A stretch of 42,368 bases of DNA from Flavobacteriaceae bacterium. Its GTDB lineage: Bacteria > Bacteroidota > Bacteroidia > Flavobacteriales > Flavobacteriaceae. The position numbers were made by a program, and so were the translations under genes. The notes beneath the pieces were generated by a model. The model was not told the origin of the DNA and made no database searches. It saw nothing but the letters and a program-made list of their open reading frames with translations. Within the stretch, counting starts at the first letter, position 1. Each line of letters opens with the position of its first letter. Of this stretch, positions 1 through 10,221 are shown piece after piece. The DNA lies in contig DAOUPU010000001.1 in the NCBI GenBank assembly GCA_030625995.1, positions 1 to 42,368 of the forward strand. The letters run 5' to 3'.

Positions 1-207
1 GGAAAGATCTAGTCTTGATAATACTGAAGCGGTATCTCTCATTTGTGGAATTGCCTTAGGCGAAACAAAACTTCCAAAATCAATGGTATCAAACCCCACT
101 TTTAGCAAAGCATTAATATATCTTGCTTTGGCATCTGTATCAATAAAATGGGTTTTAATACCCTGCATTGCATCACGAGGGCACTCAATGATCTTTACAT
201 TTCTCAT
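1..207 (-). CDS. hmgL: hydroxymethylglutaryl-CoA lyase, N-terminal part (runs off the window start)
   Basis: Not in the ORF track. Manual translation from ATG at 207 gives MRNVKIIECPRDAMQGIKTHFIDTDAKARYINALLKVGFDTIDFGSFVSPKAIPQMRDTA..., which has the HMGL-family E-x-PRD-x-x-Q and SFVSPKAIPQM motifs. Confidence 0.9.
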   Translation of the reverse strand, partial: MRNVKIIECPRDAMQGIKTHFIDTDAKARYINALLKVGFDTIDFGSFVSPKAIPQMRDTASVLSRLDLS

Positions 208-212
208 TATAT

Positions 213-220
213 CAAATATA
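213..220 (-). promoter_or_regulatory. Bacteroidota housekeeping -7 promoter box (TATATTTG) for the HMG-CoA lyase gene
   Basis: Exact TAnnTTTG match 5 nt upstream of the ATG. Confidence 0.55.
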
Positions 221-313
221 CAAATATTACTTGTTAAGATTTAAGTACGAGATTATAAAGAATAACTATTTAATAAAATAAATGAAGTGACGGCGTTCAT
301 AAGTATTAAAGTC

Positions 314-341
314 AAAAAAAGCCCAACGAAATGTTGGGCTT
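314..341 (-). terminator. intrinsic terminator after the PPi-type PFK gene
   Basis: Minus strand AAGCCCAAC-ATTTC-GTTGGGCTT followed by a U-tract. Confidence 0.85.
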
Positions 342-367
342 ATACTATTTAAAATCATATTCAGAAA

Positions 368-1573
368 TTAGCTGTCCGCCGCCATTAAGAACATAGGTTT
401 CATCTCAAACCTATGATAATGAGGTCTTAATCGTTTGATATTATAATATTTATCCACCTTAACTATTTTTGATGAATTGGTTACAACCTCAATTGGAACA
501 TCGTCATACCTTCCGTTTTTTAATACCACAAGCCGTCCATAAAATCCTCCAAGGATCAGATCAAGAGCCAGGTTTCCAAAAGCCATGGGTACAATAGAAT
601 CAATTGCATCCGGGTCTCCACCACGAACCAGGTAACCAAGTTTTTGATTGATGACATTAATTGTTTTACCATTATTAAATTTTGAAGAGAGACTCTTAAT
701 TTCAGACGAGATCAAATCACCGATCCCACCTAATTTTGCATGACCGAACATGTCTTTCTCAGCATTTGAAAATATCATATCGCCACCTTTAAAGGTCGTT
801 CCTTCTGAGACAAGTACTACAGAGTATTTACTTCGGTTATTATTCCTGTCCTCAACTAGCAATTCTGTAAGGTGTTCTATGTCAAATTCATATTCCGGAA
901 TAACACATCTATTTGCAGCACCTGCCATTGTTGGTAGCATAGCTGTAAAGCCCGCATATCTTCCAAACACTTCCATAACTAATATCCTTTCATGTGAACC
1001 CGCTGATGTCCGCAAATTATTCGTCATGCTAATGGTTCTTGTAATGCAGGTACTAAATCCGATACAATAATCTGTACCAGGAACATCATTATCCATAGTT
1101 TTTGGAATGGCAACAACTTTAACCCCCTCTTTATAAAGACGTACTCCATAACTAAGCGTATCATCTCCACCAATTGGGATTAAAAAGTCAATACCCAACC
1201 ATTCTAAATTTTTAATAATTTCAGGTGTTAGGTCATTAATCTCTTTGTTATAAGAAGATTTTAAATGATCCGGAACTTTATCCTTTGGCATATGACTTGG
1301 CCTGGTTCTTGAAGAGTGTAAAAAAGTTCCACCTGTTCGGCCTGCTTTGTCGACAATTTCGTTGGTTAAGGTAATGAAACAATTGCTGTTGTCTGCCTTT
1401 TTATCTCTTAATAGTTCTGTTATACCTGCCCAACCACGTCTCAAACCAATAACCTTATACCCTTCGCGATTTGCTCTGATTGTTATTGCCCGTATAGCAG
1501 GATTAAGACCAGGAACGTCGCCTCCTCCAGTTAATATTGCAATTACCCCTTTAATTTTTTTTGTATGCGCCAT
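368..1573 (-). CDS. pfp: 6-phosphofructokinase family protein, probably pyrophosphate-dependent
   Basis: TGGGDVPGLN, GGT, MGR-like VFGR and GY-x-x-RGG motifs. GGDD and PKTMDND are the Asp/Lys signature of PPi-dependent PFKs. Confidence 0.85.
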   Translation of the reverse strand: MAHTKKIKGVIAILTGGGDVPGLNPAIRAITIRANREGYKVIGLRRGWAGITELLRDKKADNSNCFITLTNEIVDKAGRTGGTFLHSSRTRPSHMPKDKVPDHLKSSYNKEINDLTPEIIKNLEWLGIDFLIPIGGDDTLSYGVRLYKEGVKVVAIPKTMDNDVPGTDYCIGFSTCITRTISMTNNLRTSAGSHERILVMEVFGRYAGFTAMLPTMAGAANRCVIPEYEFDIEHLTELLVEDRNNNRSKYSVVLVSEGTTFKGGDMIFSNAEKDMFGHAKLGGIGDLISSEIKSLSSKFNNGKTINVINQKLGYLVRGGDPDAIDSIVPMAFGNLALDLILGGFYGRLVVLKNGRYDDVPIEVVTNSSKIVKVDKYYNIKRLRPHYHRFEMKPMFLMAADS

Positions 1574-1658
1574 GTTAATAATTTTTTTTATAATTTAAAT
1601 TAAATTTCGTATATATTTCTTTTTCAGCACCTTACTGAATTGATTTCCTGTAAGTAGT

Positions 1659-1666
1659 CAAAAATA
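1659..1666 (-). promoter_or_regulatory. -7 promoter box (TATTTTTG) upstream of the PPi-type PFK
   Basis: TAnnTTTG match between the gap terminator and the PFK start. Confidence 0.45.
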
Positions 1667-1825
1667 TAACTATCGTAAATTTATAAAAAATAATTGGCTT
1701 ATTTTCAATTAAATACAGGATTACTTAGTTATTGTATAATAAAACTCAAAGTATTAAATTAAAAAGGGAATAAAATTAGAATTTTACACTCATTATGATG
1801 AGTTAACCTACTAATTGTTAAACAC

Positions 1826-1854
1826 AAAAAAACCCATAACAGAAGTTACGGGTT
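1826..1854 (-). terminator. intrinsic terminator after gap
   Basis: Minus strand AACCCGTAAC-TTCT-GTTATGGGTT (one G-U pair) followed by a U-tract. Confidence 0.85.
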
Positions 1855-1875
1855 CTAGAAAATTATAAATTATTT

Positions 1876-2872
<997 letters not shown>

Positions 2873-2907
2873 TTTTATATTTATTTAATAATTATTACTC
2901 AATTTAA

Positions 2908-3894
2908 TTATACTGACATGATATCAGATACTCTCAATATTTCTTTGCTTATGCTGTGGTGTTCTTTGATCGCTTTTTCCAATTCTGTCGTTACCATTAC
3001 ATTATTGAGCTGCCCAACCATCAGATTGGTTTTTCCATCAATAAGTAATTCAACAGCCTTCACCCCCATTCTACTCGCTAAAACTCTGTCAAAACAACTT
3101 GGTGCGCCTCCTCTTTGCATATGTCCCAAAACTGAAACTCTAACGCTGTATTCAGGTAAGTTTTCTTCAACATAAGAAGCAAGTTCAAACACATTTGCAC
3201 CTGTTTTATCTCCTTCTGCTACTACTACCAAACTGGATGTTTTACCAGATCGTCTACTCCTTTCTAAAGTCATTAACAAACGATCAAGTCCCATATTTTC
3301 TTCAGGAATCAATATTTCTTCCGCACCGGCACCAATGCCTGCATTTAACGCTATAAATCCAGCATCTCTTCCCATAACCTCAACAAAAAATAATCGATTA
3401 TGAGAACTTGCAGTGTCTCTTATCTTGTCAATTACTTCTACAGCTGTATTCAAAGCAGTATCATAGCCTATAGTAAAATCTGTTCCATATATATCATTAT
3501 CAATTGTTCCCGGAATCCCAATTAAGGGAAAACCATGCTCTTGGTTAAATATCATACCTCCTGTAAAAGAACCATCTCCACCAATAATAACCATAGCATC
3601 AATTTCATGTTTTACTAAATTATCATATGCTTTCTTTCTTCCTTCGATTGTTCTAAACTCGTCAGATCGTGCCGTTTTTAAAATGGTTCCACCCTTTTGA
3701 ATAATGTGATGTACAGATCTCGCATCCATTTTAACAATATCTCCTTCGATCAATCCTTGATATCCTCTATAAATACCTACGCTTTCCAGTTTATAATAAG
3801 AAGCAGATCTAATAACCGACCTTATTGCGGCATTCATTCCCGGCGAATCGCCTCCAGATGTCATTACCGCAATTTTCTTTATGTATTTTTTCAT
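2908..3894 (-). CDS. pfkA: ATP-dependent 6-phosphofructokinase
   Basis: TSGGDSPGMNA, GGDGS, PGTIDND, EVMGR and LGHMQRGG motifs. Start trimmed to the ATG at 3894 because the longer ORF start overlaps a -7 box. Confidence 0.95.
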   Translation of the reverse strand: MKKYIKKIAVMTSGGDSPGMNAAIRSVIRSASYYKLESVGIYRGYQGLIEGDIVKMDARSVHHIIQKGGTILKTARSDEFRTIEGRKKAYDNLVKHEIDAMVIIGGDGSFTGGMIFNQEHGFPLIGIPGTIDNDIYGTDFTIGYDTALNTAVEVIDKIRDTASSHNRLFFVEVMGRDAGFIALNAGIGAGAEEILIPEENMGLDRLLMTLERSRRSGKTSSLVVVAEGDKTGANVFELASYVEENLPEYSVRVSVLGHMQRGGAPSCFDRVLASRMGVKAVELLIDGKTNLMVGQLNNVMVTTELEKAIKEHHSISKEILRVSDIMSV

Positions 3895-3912
3895 GTTTTT
3901 TATTAAAGCACA

Positions 3913-3920
3913 CAAAAATA
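3913..3920 (-). promoter_or_regulatory. -7 promoter box (TATTTTTG) for pfkA-gap
   Basis: TAnnTTTG match 18 nt upstream of the ATG at 3894. Confidence 0.55.
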
Positions 3921-4034
3921 ATAATAAAAATATTATTTTATATGATTTAAATCAGAATTAAACGAAAACGATTGAGAATTTAATAAATCAATGATAATTG
4001 TAAATATTGCAAAGACTGAATCACAATTAGATAA

Positions 4035-4069
4035 AATAAAAAATCACGCTCTTGGCGTGATTTTTTATT
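4035..4069 (-). terminator. intrinsic terminator (potentially bidirectional) after the PadR/PspC operon
   Basis: AATAAAAAATCACGC-TCTTG-GCGTGATTTTTTATT perfect inverted repeat with A/U tracts on both sides. Confidence 0.85.
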
Positions 4070-4086
4070 ATTTAACTTTATAATAA

Positions 4087-4800
4087 TTATGATTTTCCAA
4101 TATTTCCACCAGAACTATCACTGGAATTGACAAATTCTGGATTTCCTTTAAAATGAATGTTACTACCAGAACTGGCATGACCATCAAAGGACTTATTTAC
4201 GTAAACTTTTATATTCGAACCACTACTAGCTTTGGCTATGCATTTTGAAGTTTCTAAACCATATGCATCAATATCGCTACCACTAGAAGAACTCACATTA
4301 AAATTATTGGCTTTTCCATCAATATTCACATCAGAGCCACTTGAACTTTGGCAATCTAAATTATTGACGTCCAGATGTAAATTAAACTCAGCACCACTAG
4401 TTGCAATAATTTTTAGATCATCTGCATGTAAAGTGTTTTCTGTTGTTACCTCTGCACCACTGGTTACTTCCAGTTCGATGAGCTTTTCAATGGAAACATG
4501 AACTTTTTTTGCCCTCGCCGACCAGATATTTTTTTTAGACCCAATGTAAAGTGTTCCATTTTTAACCTCTGTTTTAATTAAATCATGTAAATTTTCATCA
4601 GCCTCAACGACCAAGCTCGTTTCTCCATTTTCTGTTAAATAAACATCAATTCCTGCGCTAGCTTTTATTCTTACGAAATCGCCGGATATACTTCTGTTTT
4701 TGACAACAACGTTTCCATTTCCTTTAACCCCATCGAAAAAGCAGGAAGTGGTGGAAAGAAATAAAATTAATATTGCTGAAATTTTAATAATACTTTTCAT
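4087..4800 (-). CDS. head GIN domain (DUF2807) lipoprotein
   Basis: Lipobox-like TTSC, GVKGNG motif, VEADENL and repeated SSGS beta-helix units. Confidence 0.85.
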   Translation of the reverse strand: MKSIIKISAILILFLSTTSCFFDGVKGNGNVVVKNRSISGDFVRIKASAGIDVYLTENGETSLVVEADENLHDLIKTEVKNGTLYIGSKKNIWSARAKKVHVSIEKLIELEVTSGAEVTTENTLHADDLKIIATSGAEFNLHLDVNNLDCQSSSGSDVNIDGKANNFNVSSSSGSDIDAYGLETSKCIAKASSGSNIKVYVNKSFDGHASSGSNIHFKGNPEFVNSSDSSGGNIGKS

Positions 4801-4825
4801 AATTGTTATTTTTAATATTGGTTAA

Positions 4826-6592
4826 TTATTTTATTGAATCTCCCGAACTAGTTATTTTTACACCATTTTCATCGATAATTACTTTTGCATTTTCATTGTC
4901 ATCAGAAATAATATTTATATTAACTCCTTTTTCGTCAATTTTCATTTTGAAAGAACCGGAATCATCAATATTATGATCCCAACTCTCATCACAATCTAAA
5001 CAGGACAAGCCATCCTCTGTCATTTTATAATAGTGTTTAGGCATGTCTCTGTCGTAAATGTTTTGGACATTGTCCACATCATATAAAAAGGACCTCATTG
5101 ATTTATCAAGGTATATCACTTGATTTACTGGCAGGTATAGATCAATTCTCAATCTTTGATCTCTGAATTTATTTTCAATTTCAGTTAAAAAATAGCCATT
5201 CAATAATAGATCTTCTCCTGACTCGACAAAATTATAACCAATATTACCAGCATTTTCACGTGCTGCTATCTTACTTTTCCCTTTAGATCTTTTATTAATC
5301 TTTATATATGGGTCATTTGCATCTGTTTGAAATATATTGAATCGAATATCATTAGAATATATTTTTTCGACGTTATTCTCATCATAGACCAGCCTATAGC
5401 CCCAACGATGTTTCAGATAGGATTCACCCGATAAGTTTTCATTGTCTAATATTTTTATATACAATGTATCGGTAGAAATGAACGCCAATTCTTGTTTCTC
5501 AATTACAGATCCTTCAAAGGCAGACTGTACGAATTGTCTGGAACCAAAAAATATCAAAATCAATAATGCCACCAGCCATATTCCCAGAAGTGATAATTTT
5601 GTAACTCTGCCTACAGATCTTTTATTATTTGATAAAATCCTTATTCCTAATAAAAAGAGAAATAAAAATGGGATTCCAACTAATATAAATGTCATTATAG
5701 AAATTCCCCAAAGTGGTAAACCGGAACTGTTTATAATATTAAACTGTTGATAATACCAGTCTTCATGAAAAAAGTCAATTGAACCAGCTGTAACCAAACT
5801 AATTAATAAGGCAAAAACAGTTGACACTGAAATAATAATTAAAATTACCCCAATGAACTTACCAATTACCATGAATAAAGTTGTTAAAACCTTACCTAAA
5901 GTATCTACCACATCCTGTGATCCGGATTTCGCTTTATCTTTATATTTTTTATAGTCGGCGTTCTTTACCTTATCGCTAACATCACTTATGCCGCTTTTTA
6001 CTCTTTCAGTGACATCCGTTAGTTCATCCTTGATTTTTCTTTCAATATTGCTAATATTAACCTCTTCGCCTTCCATTTCTAATTTTTCAGCGGTTGTATT
6101 TGCTTGTGGTAACAATATCCATAAAATTAAATACAGAATAAATCCAAATCCAAATCCAAATGCTGCGACTAACCAGGCCAATCGAACCCAAATTACGTCA
6201 ATATTGAAATAATGAGCCAGACCGGACGACACACCACCTAAAAATTTGTCATCTCCATCCCTATATAATTTTTTAGATTTTGTTCTACCATAAGAAGAAT
6301 AATTATCATCGCTAAATACTTCTTCATCAACCATATAATCTTCGGGTTTACCCATTACTTCAATTATTTCATCTATATCAGCTTCATTGATCACCTGACG
6401 AACATCCTTTACTTTATCTGATAAAAGTTCGCCTATTCTCGATTCTATATCCGTAATAATTTCATCTCTACCCTTGGGATCATCACTTAATGAACGACGA
6501 ATAGCATTTAAATAATCCTTCAATTTCTGATAAGCTAACTCATCAATATGAAAAAAGATTCCACCTAAATTTATGTTTATTGTCTTATTCAT
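4826..6592 (-). CDS. PspC domain-containing membrane protein
   Basis: MNKTININLGG N-terminus, the PspC motif KKLYRDGDDKFLGGVSSGLAHYF...VRL, several TM helices and a soluble C-terminal domain. Confidence 0.9.
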   Translation of the reverse strand: MNKTININLGGIFFHIDELAYQKLKDYLNAIRRSLSDDPKGRDEIITDIESRIGELLSDKVKDVRQVINEADIDEIIEVMGKPEDYMVDEEVFSDDNYSSYGRTKSKKLYRDGDDKFLGGVSSGLAHYFNIDVIWVRLAWLVAAFGFGFGFILYLILWILLPQANTTAEKLEMEGEEVNISNIERKIKDELTDVTERVKSGISDVSDKVKNADYKKYKDKAKSGSQDVVDTLGKVLTTLFMVIGKFIGVILIIISVSTVFALLISLVTAGSIDFFHEDWYYQQFNIINSSGLPLWGISIMTFILVGIPFLFLFLLGIRILSNNKRSVGRVTKLSLLGIWLVALLILIFFGSRQFVQSAFEGSVIEKQELAFISTDTLYIKILDNENLSGESYLKHRWGYRLVYDENNVEKIYSNDIRFNIFQTDANDPYIKINKRSKGKSKIAARENAGNIGYNFVESGEDLLLNGYFLTEIENKFRDQRLRIDLYLPVNQVIYLDKSMRSFLYDVDNVQNIYDRDMPKHYYKMTEDGLSCLDCDESWDHNIDDSGSFKMKIDEKGVNINIISDDNENAKVIIDENGVKITSSGDSIK

Positions 6593-6942
6593 TTTTTTGT
6601 TGATTTAATGTTTGTATTATTTTTCGTTATTGTAGTTACTGCGCCTACCAGATCACTCCAGGTATTATTAAGCCCCTTCAAGAAAAGTATTCCGGTTTCC
6701 GTTAATCCATAATATTTCCTTGGAGGTCCGGAGGTAGATTCTTCCCAACGGTAGTTAAGAAGACCTGCATTCTTTAATCTTGTAAGTAAAGGATAAACGG
6801 TTCCTTCGACCACAAGTAGTTTTCCATCTTTCAATTGCGATAAAATTTCTGAAGTATAAGCATCACCATTTTGTAAAATGGATAGAATGCAAAATTCTAA
6901 AACTCCTTTTCGCATTTGTGCTTTTGTGTTTTCAATCTTCAT
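6589..6942 (-). CDS. PadR family transcriptional regulator
   Basis: QMRKGVLEFCIL, EGTVYPLLTRL and GPPRKYY motifs; its stop overlaps the PspC start (ATGA). Confidence 0.92.
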   Translation of the reverse strand: MKIENTKAQMRKGVLEFCILSILQNGDAYTSEILSQLKDGKLLVVEGTVYPLLTRLKNAGLLNYRWEESTSGPPRKYYGLTETGILFLKGLNNTWSDLVGAVTTITKNNTNIKSTKK

Positions 6943-6990
6943 GTTTTTCTTTTTAAATGTAAATAAAGCATTGAGTTAGTTTCAGTTCTT

Positions 6991-7056
6991 TTAAAACAAA
7001 TAATATTGAATATTATTTGCAATAAAAACGACGATAGTAATTAGAATAGAAATCAT
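6991..7056 (-). CDS. candidate 21-aa hydrophobic small protein (MISILITIVVFIANNIQYYLF)
   Basis: ATG...TAA co-oriented within the operon, starting 11 nt after the DUF4870 stop, with A-rich upstream context and A at -3. It is below the ORF-track size cutoff. Confidence 0.4.
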   Translation of the reverse strand: MISILITIVVFIANNIQYYLF

Positions 7057-7067
7057 AATTTTAAATT

Positions 7068-7463
7068 TTATTTTATAAATTTTATGGTTAGTGGATAATC
7101 ATATATTTCACCGTTATTCGCTCTGGTCGCAGCAGTAATAATTAGGATAAACCTTACAATGCCCAATATACCTACCAGGGATACCATACTTACTATTCCA
7201 AATAAATCGAAGTGATGCAGTTCAGAAAAGAAGCTATTAAAGGCAAATGGAAAAATCGATACTCCTAAAATAAATGAGTATAATAAAAAACTCAAATTAA
7301 AGTTTACCGAAGCCTTTCCAGATCGATCAATGAAATCACTCTCATTCTTTTTCAATTCCCAAATAACCAGAGGAGCTATTACTCCGCCAAATGGAAAAAT
7401 ATATCCAAAAAAAGCTGATAAGTGTAAAAAAAATGCTGTGTTATATTCTTTTTTATTGTTCAT
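7068..7463 (-). CDS. DUF4870 domain-containing membrane protein
   Basis: HLS...IFPFGGVIAPLVIW...K, VNFNLS and the C-terminal G-x-x-Y-x-YPLTIKFIK motif. Confidence 0.88.
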   Translation of the reverse strand: MNNKKEYNTAFFLHLSAFFGYIFPFGGVIAPLVIWELKKNESDFIDRSGKASVNFNLSFLLYSFILGVSIFPFAFNSFFSELHHFDLFGIVSMVSLVGILGIVRFILIITAATRANNGEIYDYPLTIKFIK

Positions 7464-7491
7464 GATATAATTTGTATAATACTTTCTTATG

Positions 7492-7534
7492 CAAATATAT
7501 ATACAAAAGATAATACTATGCTATACAAAGTACT
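7492..7534 (-). promoter_or_regulatory. -7 box (TATATTTGC, 7492-7499) plus palindromic operator candidate for the PadR regulator (7512-7534)
   Basis: Exact TAnnTTTG, and an imperfect inverted repeat AATACTATG-N5-CAAAGTACT directly upstream. Confidence 0.55.
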
Positions 7535-7616
7535 ATATTTAACATTTTTTTAACATTTAGGTAAGCAAATCCAATTCATGAAAAAATTGTAAATTGCGAA
7601 TCCTTTAAACCATTCT

Positions 7617-8075
7617 ATGCGAAAATTTACACCGAGATCATTAAATATTTTCTTAATGTTTAAGCTACCTTCAGCCTATGTATCAGGTGTTCGCGTAACT
7701 TCGATATCCAGTCAACAAGCAACTGCAAAAGTTCATCATAAGTGGATTAATCAAAATCCATTCAAGTCTTTATACTGGGCAGTTCAAGGAATGGCGTCAG
7801 AACTTGTAACAGGGATATTAGTAATGAAAAGAATTGATGAAAGCGGTAAAAACGTATCCATGCTGGTTACTAATCAAAGCGGAACCTTCACTAAAAAGGC
7901 AACTGGAAGGATTATATTTATTTGTAAAGATGGTGATAAAGTAAAACAAGCAATAGATCAAACTATAGAAACCGGTGAAGGACAAAATTTGATGATGACT
8001 GCGGAAGGTTTTAACGAGGATAATGAAAGTGTATCTAAGTTCGAATACGAATGGAGTATTAAAGTTAAATCCTGA
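7617..8075 (+). CDS. DUF4442 / PaaI-like hot-dog-fold thioesterase
   Basis: KLPSAY..GVRV, WINQNPFKSLYWAVQGMASEL and FTKKATG motifs. Confidence 0.85.
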   Translation: MRKFTPRSLNIFLMFKLPSAYVSGVRVTSISSQQATAKVHHKWINQNPFKSLYWAVQGMASELVTGILVMKRIDESGKNVSMLVTNQSGTFTKKATGRIIFICKDGDKVKQAIDQTIETGEGQNLMMTAEGFNEDNESVSKFEYEWSIKVKS

Positions 8076-8099
8076 CTTTTTTTTAATTCATAGTAGTTC

Positions 8100-8795
8100 C
8101 TACTCTACCTGCGCCTTTCTTTCATCAATATAATCCTGCAATAAAATTCCGTATTTCGACTTACTTACGCTTGGTGACAGCGAATTATTGATAGTATCCA
8201 ACATTGTAATATTGGCATCATAAACTTCTGATAGTGCAATGTACGGAGCAACTTCATAATCTGAATTATTGATAACATAGTTAATCGTAACCAAGTATCT
8301 TCTTTTTAATAATCCAATCATTTTTTCTTCAACTAAATTTATAGAATCTTGATTCCCAGCTTTCTTAGCTTCAAGTTCTTCTTTTATCAAATCTAAGTTT
8401 TGATCGTTGAATCTTCTTTTCAACTCGTTATAACCATTCAATATGTTTTGGTTCTCTGATCCCGTAATTTCAGCTTTAATATCAAATTTATCTAAAACAG
8501 AATTGATTTTTATAGTGTCTTTTTCCCCAAAAAACATTATTCTTTTATCTGAGTTTTTTAAGGTTAAATAATATATCTCCGGAGATTCTATTATATCTTC
8601 CAACAAAAAATCATTTCTTCCATTAACCGATATAGAGTCCACAGCTAGTATTAACGAATCCACTTGTTTCTGCAAATAAAGAGTGCCTTTTTTGAGCCCT
8701 TTTATTTTTCCTTTTACAAACATGGTGTTTTCTACATCATTCTTGCATGAAGAAACGGTGAGAATTACAAGAGCAATAAATAATACTTTTTTCAT
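8100..8795 (-). CDS. DUF4369 domain-containing lipoprotein
   Basis: MKKVLF...VSSC lipoprotein signal, G-x-IKGLKKGTLYLQK and ESPEIYYL. Start trimmed to the ATG at 8795. Confidence 0.78.
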   Translation of the reverse strand: MKKVLFIALVILTVSSCKNDVENTMFVKGKIKGLKKGTLYLQKQVDSLILAVDSISVNGRNDFLLEDIIESPEIYYLTLKNSDKRIMFFGEKDTIKINSVLDKFDIKAEITGSENQNILNGYNELKRRFNDQNLDLIKEELEAKKAGNQDSINLVEEKMIGLLKRRYLVTINYVINNSDYEVAPYIALSEVYDANITMLDTINNSLSPSVSKSKYGILLQDYIDERKAQVE

Positions 8796-8902
8796 TATTA
8801 AGAAATTCATTTTTTCGGTGCAAATATCCACTAAAAAAATAATATAATAGCTACTGTGTTACACTAAATTTATTAAAGATAATTATTAAACCGTAACCTA
8901 CT

Positions 8903-10165
8903 CTAGGGAGAAACAATTCTCATTAACTCGGCGGTTAAGATTGCTCCATAAGTACCAACGACATATCCAAAAACAGCGAGTAAAACACCCACGGTTGCCA
9001 GTGACGGATGAAATGCTGCAGCCACTACAGGAGCAGAGGCGGCTCCTCCCACATTTGCCTGACTTCCTACAGCCAAGAAGAAATATGGTGCTCTTATCAA
9101 TTTCGCTACAACGATTAATAAAATGATATGAACAAGCATCCATACGATCCCAATTAATATTAATCCAGGATTATCAACTACTTTACTTAAATCCATTTTC
9201 ATTCCAATCGTAGCAACTAAAATGTATATAAAAACGCTTCCTATTTTACTTGCACCTGCTCCCTCATAATTTTTGGCTTTGGTAAATGACAGGGCAATAC
9301 CTAATGCTGTTGCTATTGTAATCATCCAAAAAAATTGAGACCCAAAAGAGGACATAGGTGATGATTTATCACTTACTGCTTCAAAGTTCGATTTTAAGAA
9401 AGATGAAATGTTATCGGCTCCAAAATGTGCAAATCCAACAACACCAAAAGCTAATGCAGCTATTATCATATAATCTGTTAAAGATGGTACCCTACTCACA
9501 CTATCGGCAAATTCCGAAACTTTTTCTTTTAATCTTTCAATAGCTGAAGTATCCGCTTTTAACCATTTATCAATTTTTTCTGATTTTCCAATTCCCATCA
9601 ATAAACCGGCCATTAGAATATTGGCAACTACAATATCCACCAAAACCATCCCTCCATAAAGTTTTGGATTATATTCATAAATTTCAAGCATTGCAGCTTG
9701 GTTGGCTCCTCCTCCAATCCAGCTACCTGCAAGCGTTGCCAAACCCCTCCAGGTTGCGTCGAACCCTGCCCCGCCAACTGTTTCAGGTGAAAATACTGAA
9801 ATCAATAATATAGCAATCGGTCCACCAATAATAATCCCTATTGTTCCTGTAAAAAACATAATTAATGCCTTAGGGCCCAAATTAAATATTGATTTTAGAT
9901 CAATACTTAAGGTCATCAAAACGAGGGATGCCGGCAAAAGATACCTACTTGCGACAAAATATAAATTCGAATGCTCATCGGATATTAATCCAGACGAATT
10001 AAAAATTGCCGGAATTAAATAGGCCATTAATAAGGCAGGGACTATTTTATAAAATTTATTCCAAAATCCGCTTTCTTTGGAAGATGTATAGAATACAAAG
10101 CCCAAAGCTATCATTAGCAATCCAAATACAATTGTGTCGTTTGTAAAAATCGGTTGATTTTCCAT
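8903..10165 (-). CDS. DUF819 family integral membrane protein
   Basis: Multiple TM segments; LAGSWIGGGANQAA and GSQANVGGAASAPVVA motifs. Confidence 0.88.
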   Translation of the reverse strand: MENQPIFTNDTIVFGLLMIALGFVFYTSSKESGFWNKFYKIVPALLMAYLIPAIFNSSGLISDEHSNLYFVASRYLLPASLVLMTLSIDLKSIFNLGPKALIMFFTGTIGIIIGGPIAILLISVFSPETVGGAGFDATWRGLATLAGSWIGGGANQAAMLEIYEYNPKLYGGMVLVDIVVANILMAGLLMGIGKSEKIDKWLKADTSAIERLKEKVSEFADSVSRVPSLTDYMIIAALAFGVVGFAHFGADNISSFLKSNFEAVSDKSSPMSSFGSQFFWMITIATALGIALSFTKAKNYEGAGASKIGSVFIYILVATIGMKMDLSKVVDNPGLILIGIVWMLVHIILLIVVAKLIRAPYFFLAVGSQANVGGAASAPVVAAAFHPSLATVGVLLAVFGYVVGTYGAILTAELMRIVSP

Positions 10166-10221
10166 TAGTTAGGAATTATTTTTATTGAGATGGCTAATAT
10201 AGAAATTTATTTGAATTTAGC

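Noticed and set aside
1788-1803. Palindrome ACTCAT-TATG-ATGAGT upstream of the PPi-type PFK
   Set aside because: 6-bp arms in AT-rich DNA, far from the -7 box; not distinguishable from chance.
6140-6160. (AATCCA)n hexamer repeat in the PspC gene
   Set aside because: It simply encodes GFGFGF in a TM helix, in frame, with only about 3 copies; not a contingency locus.
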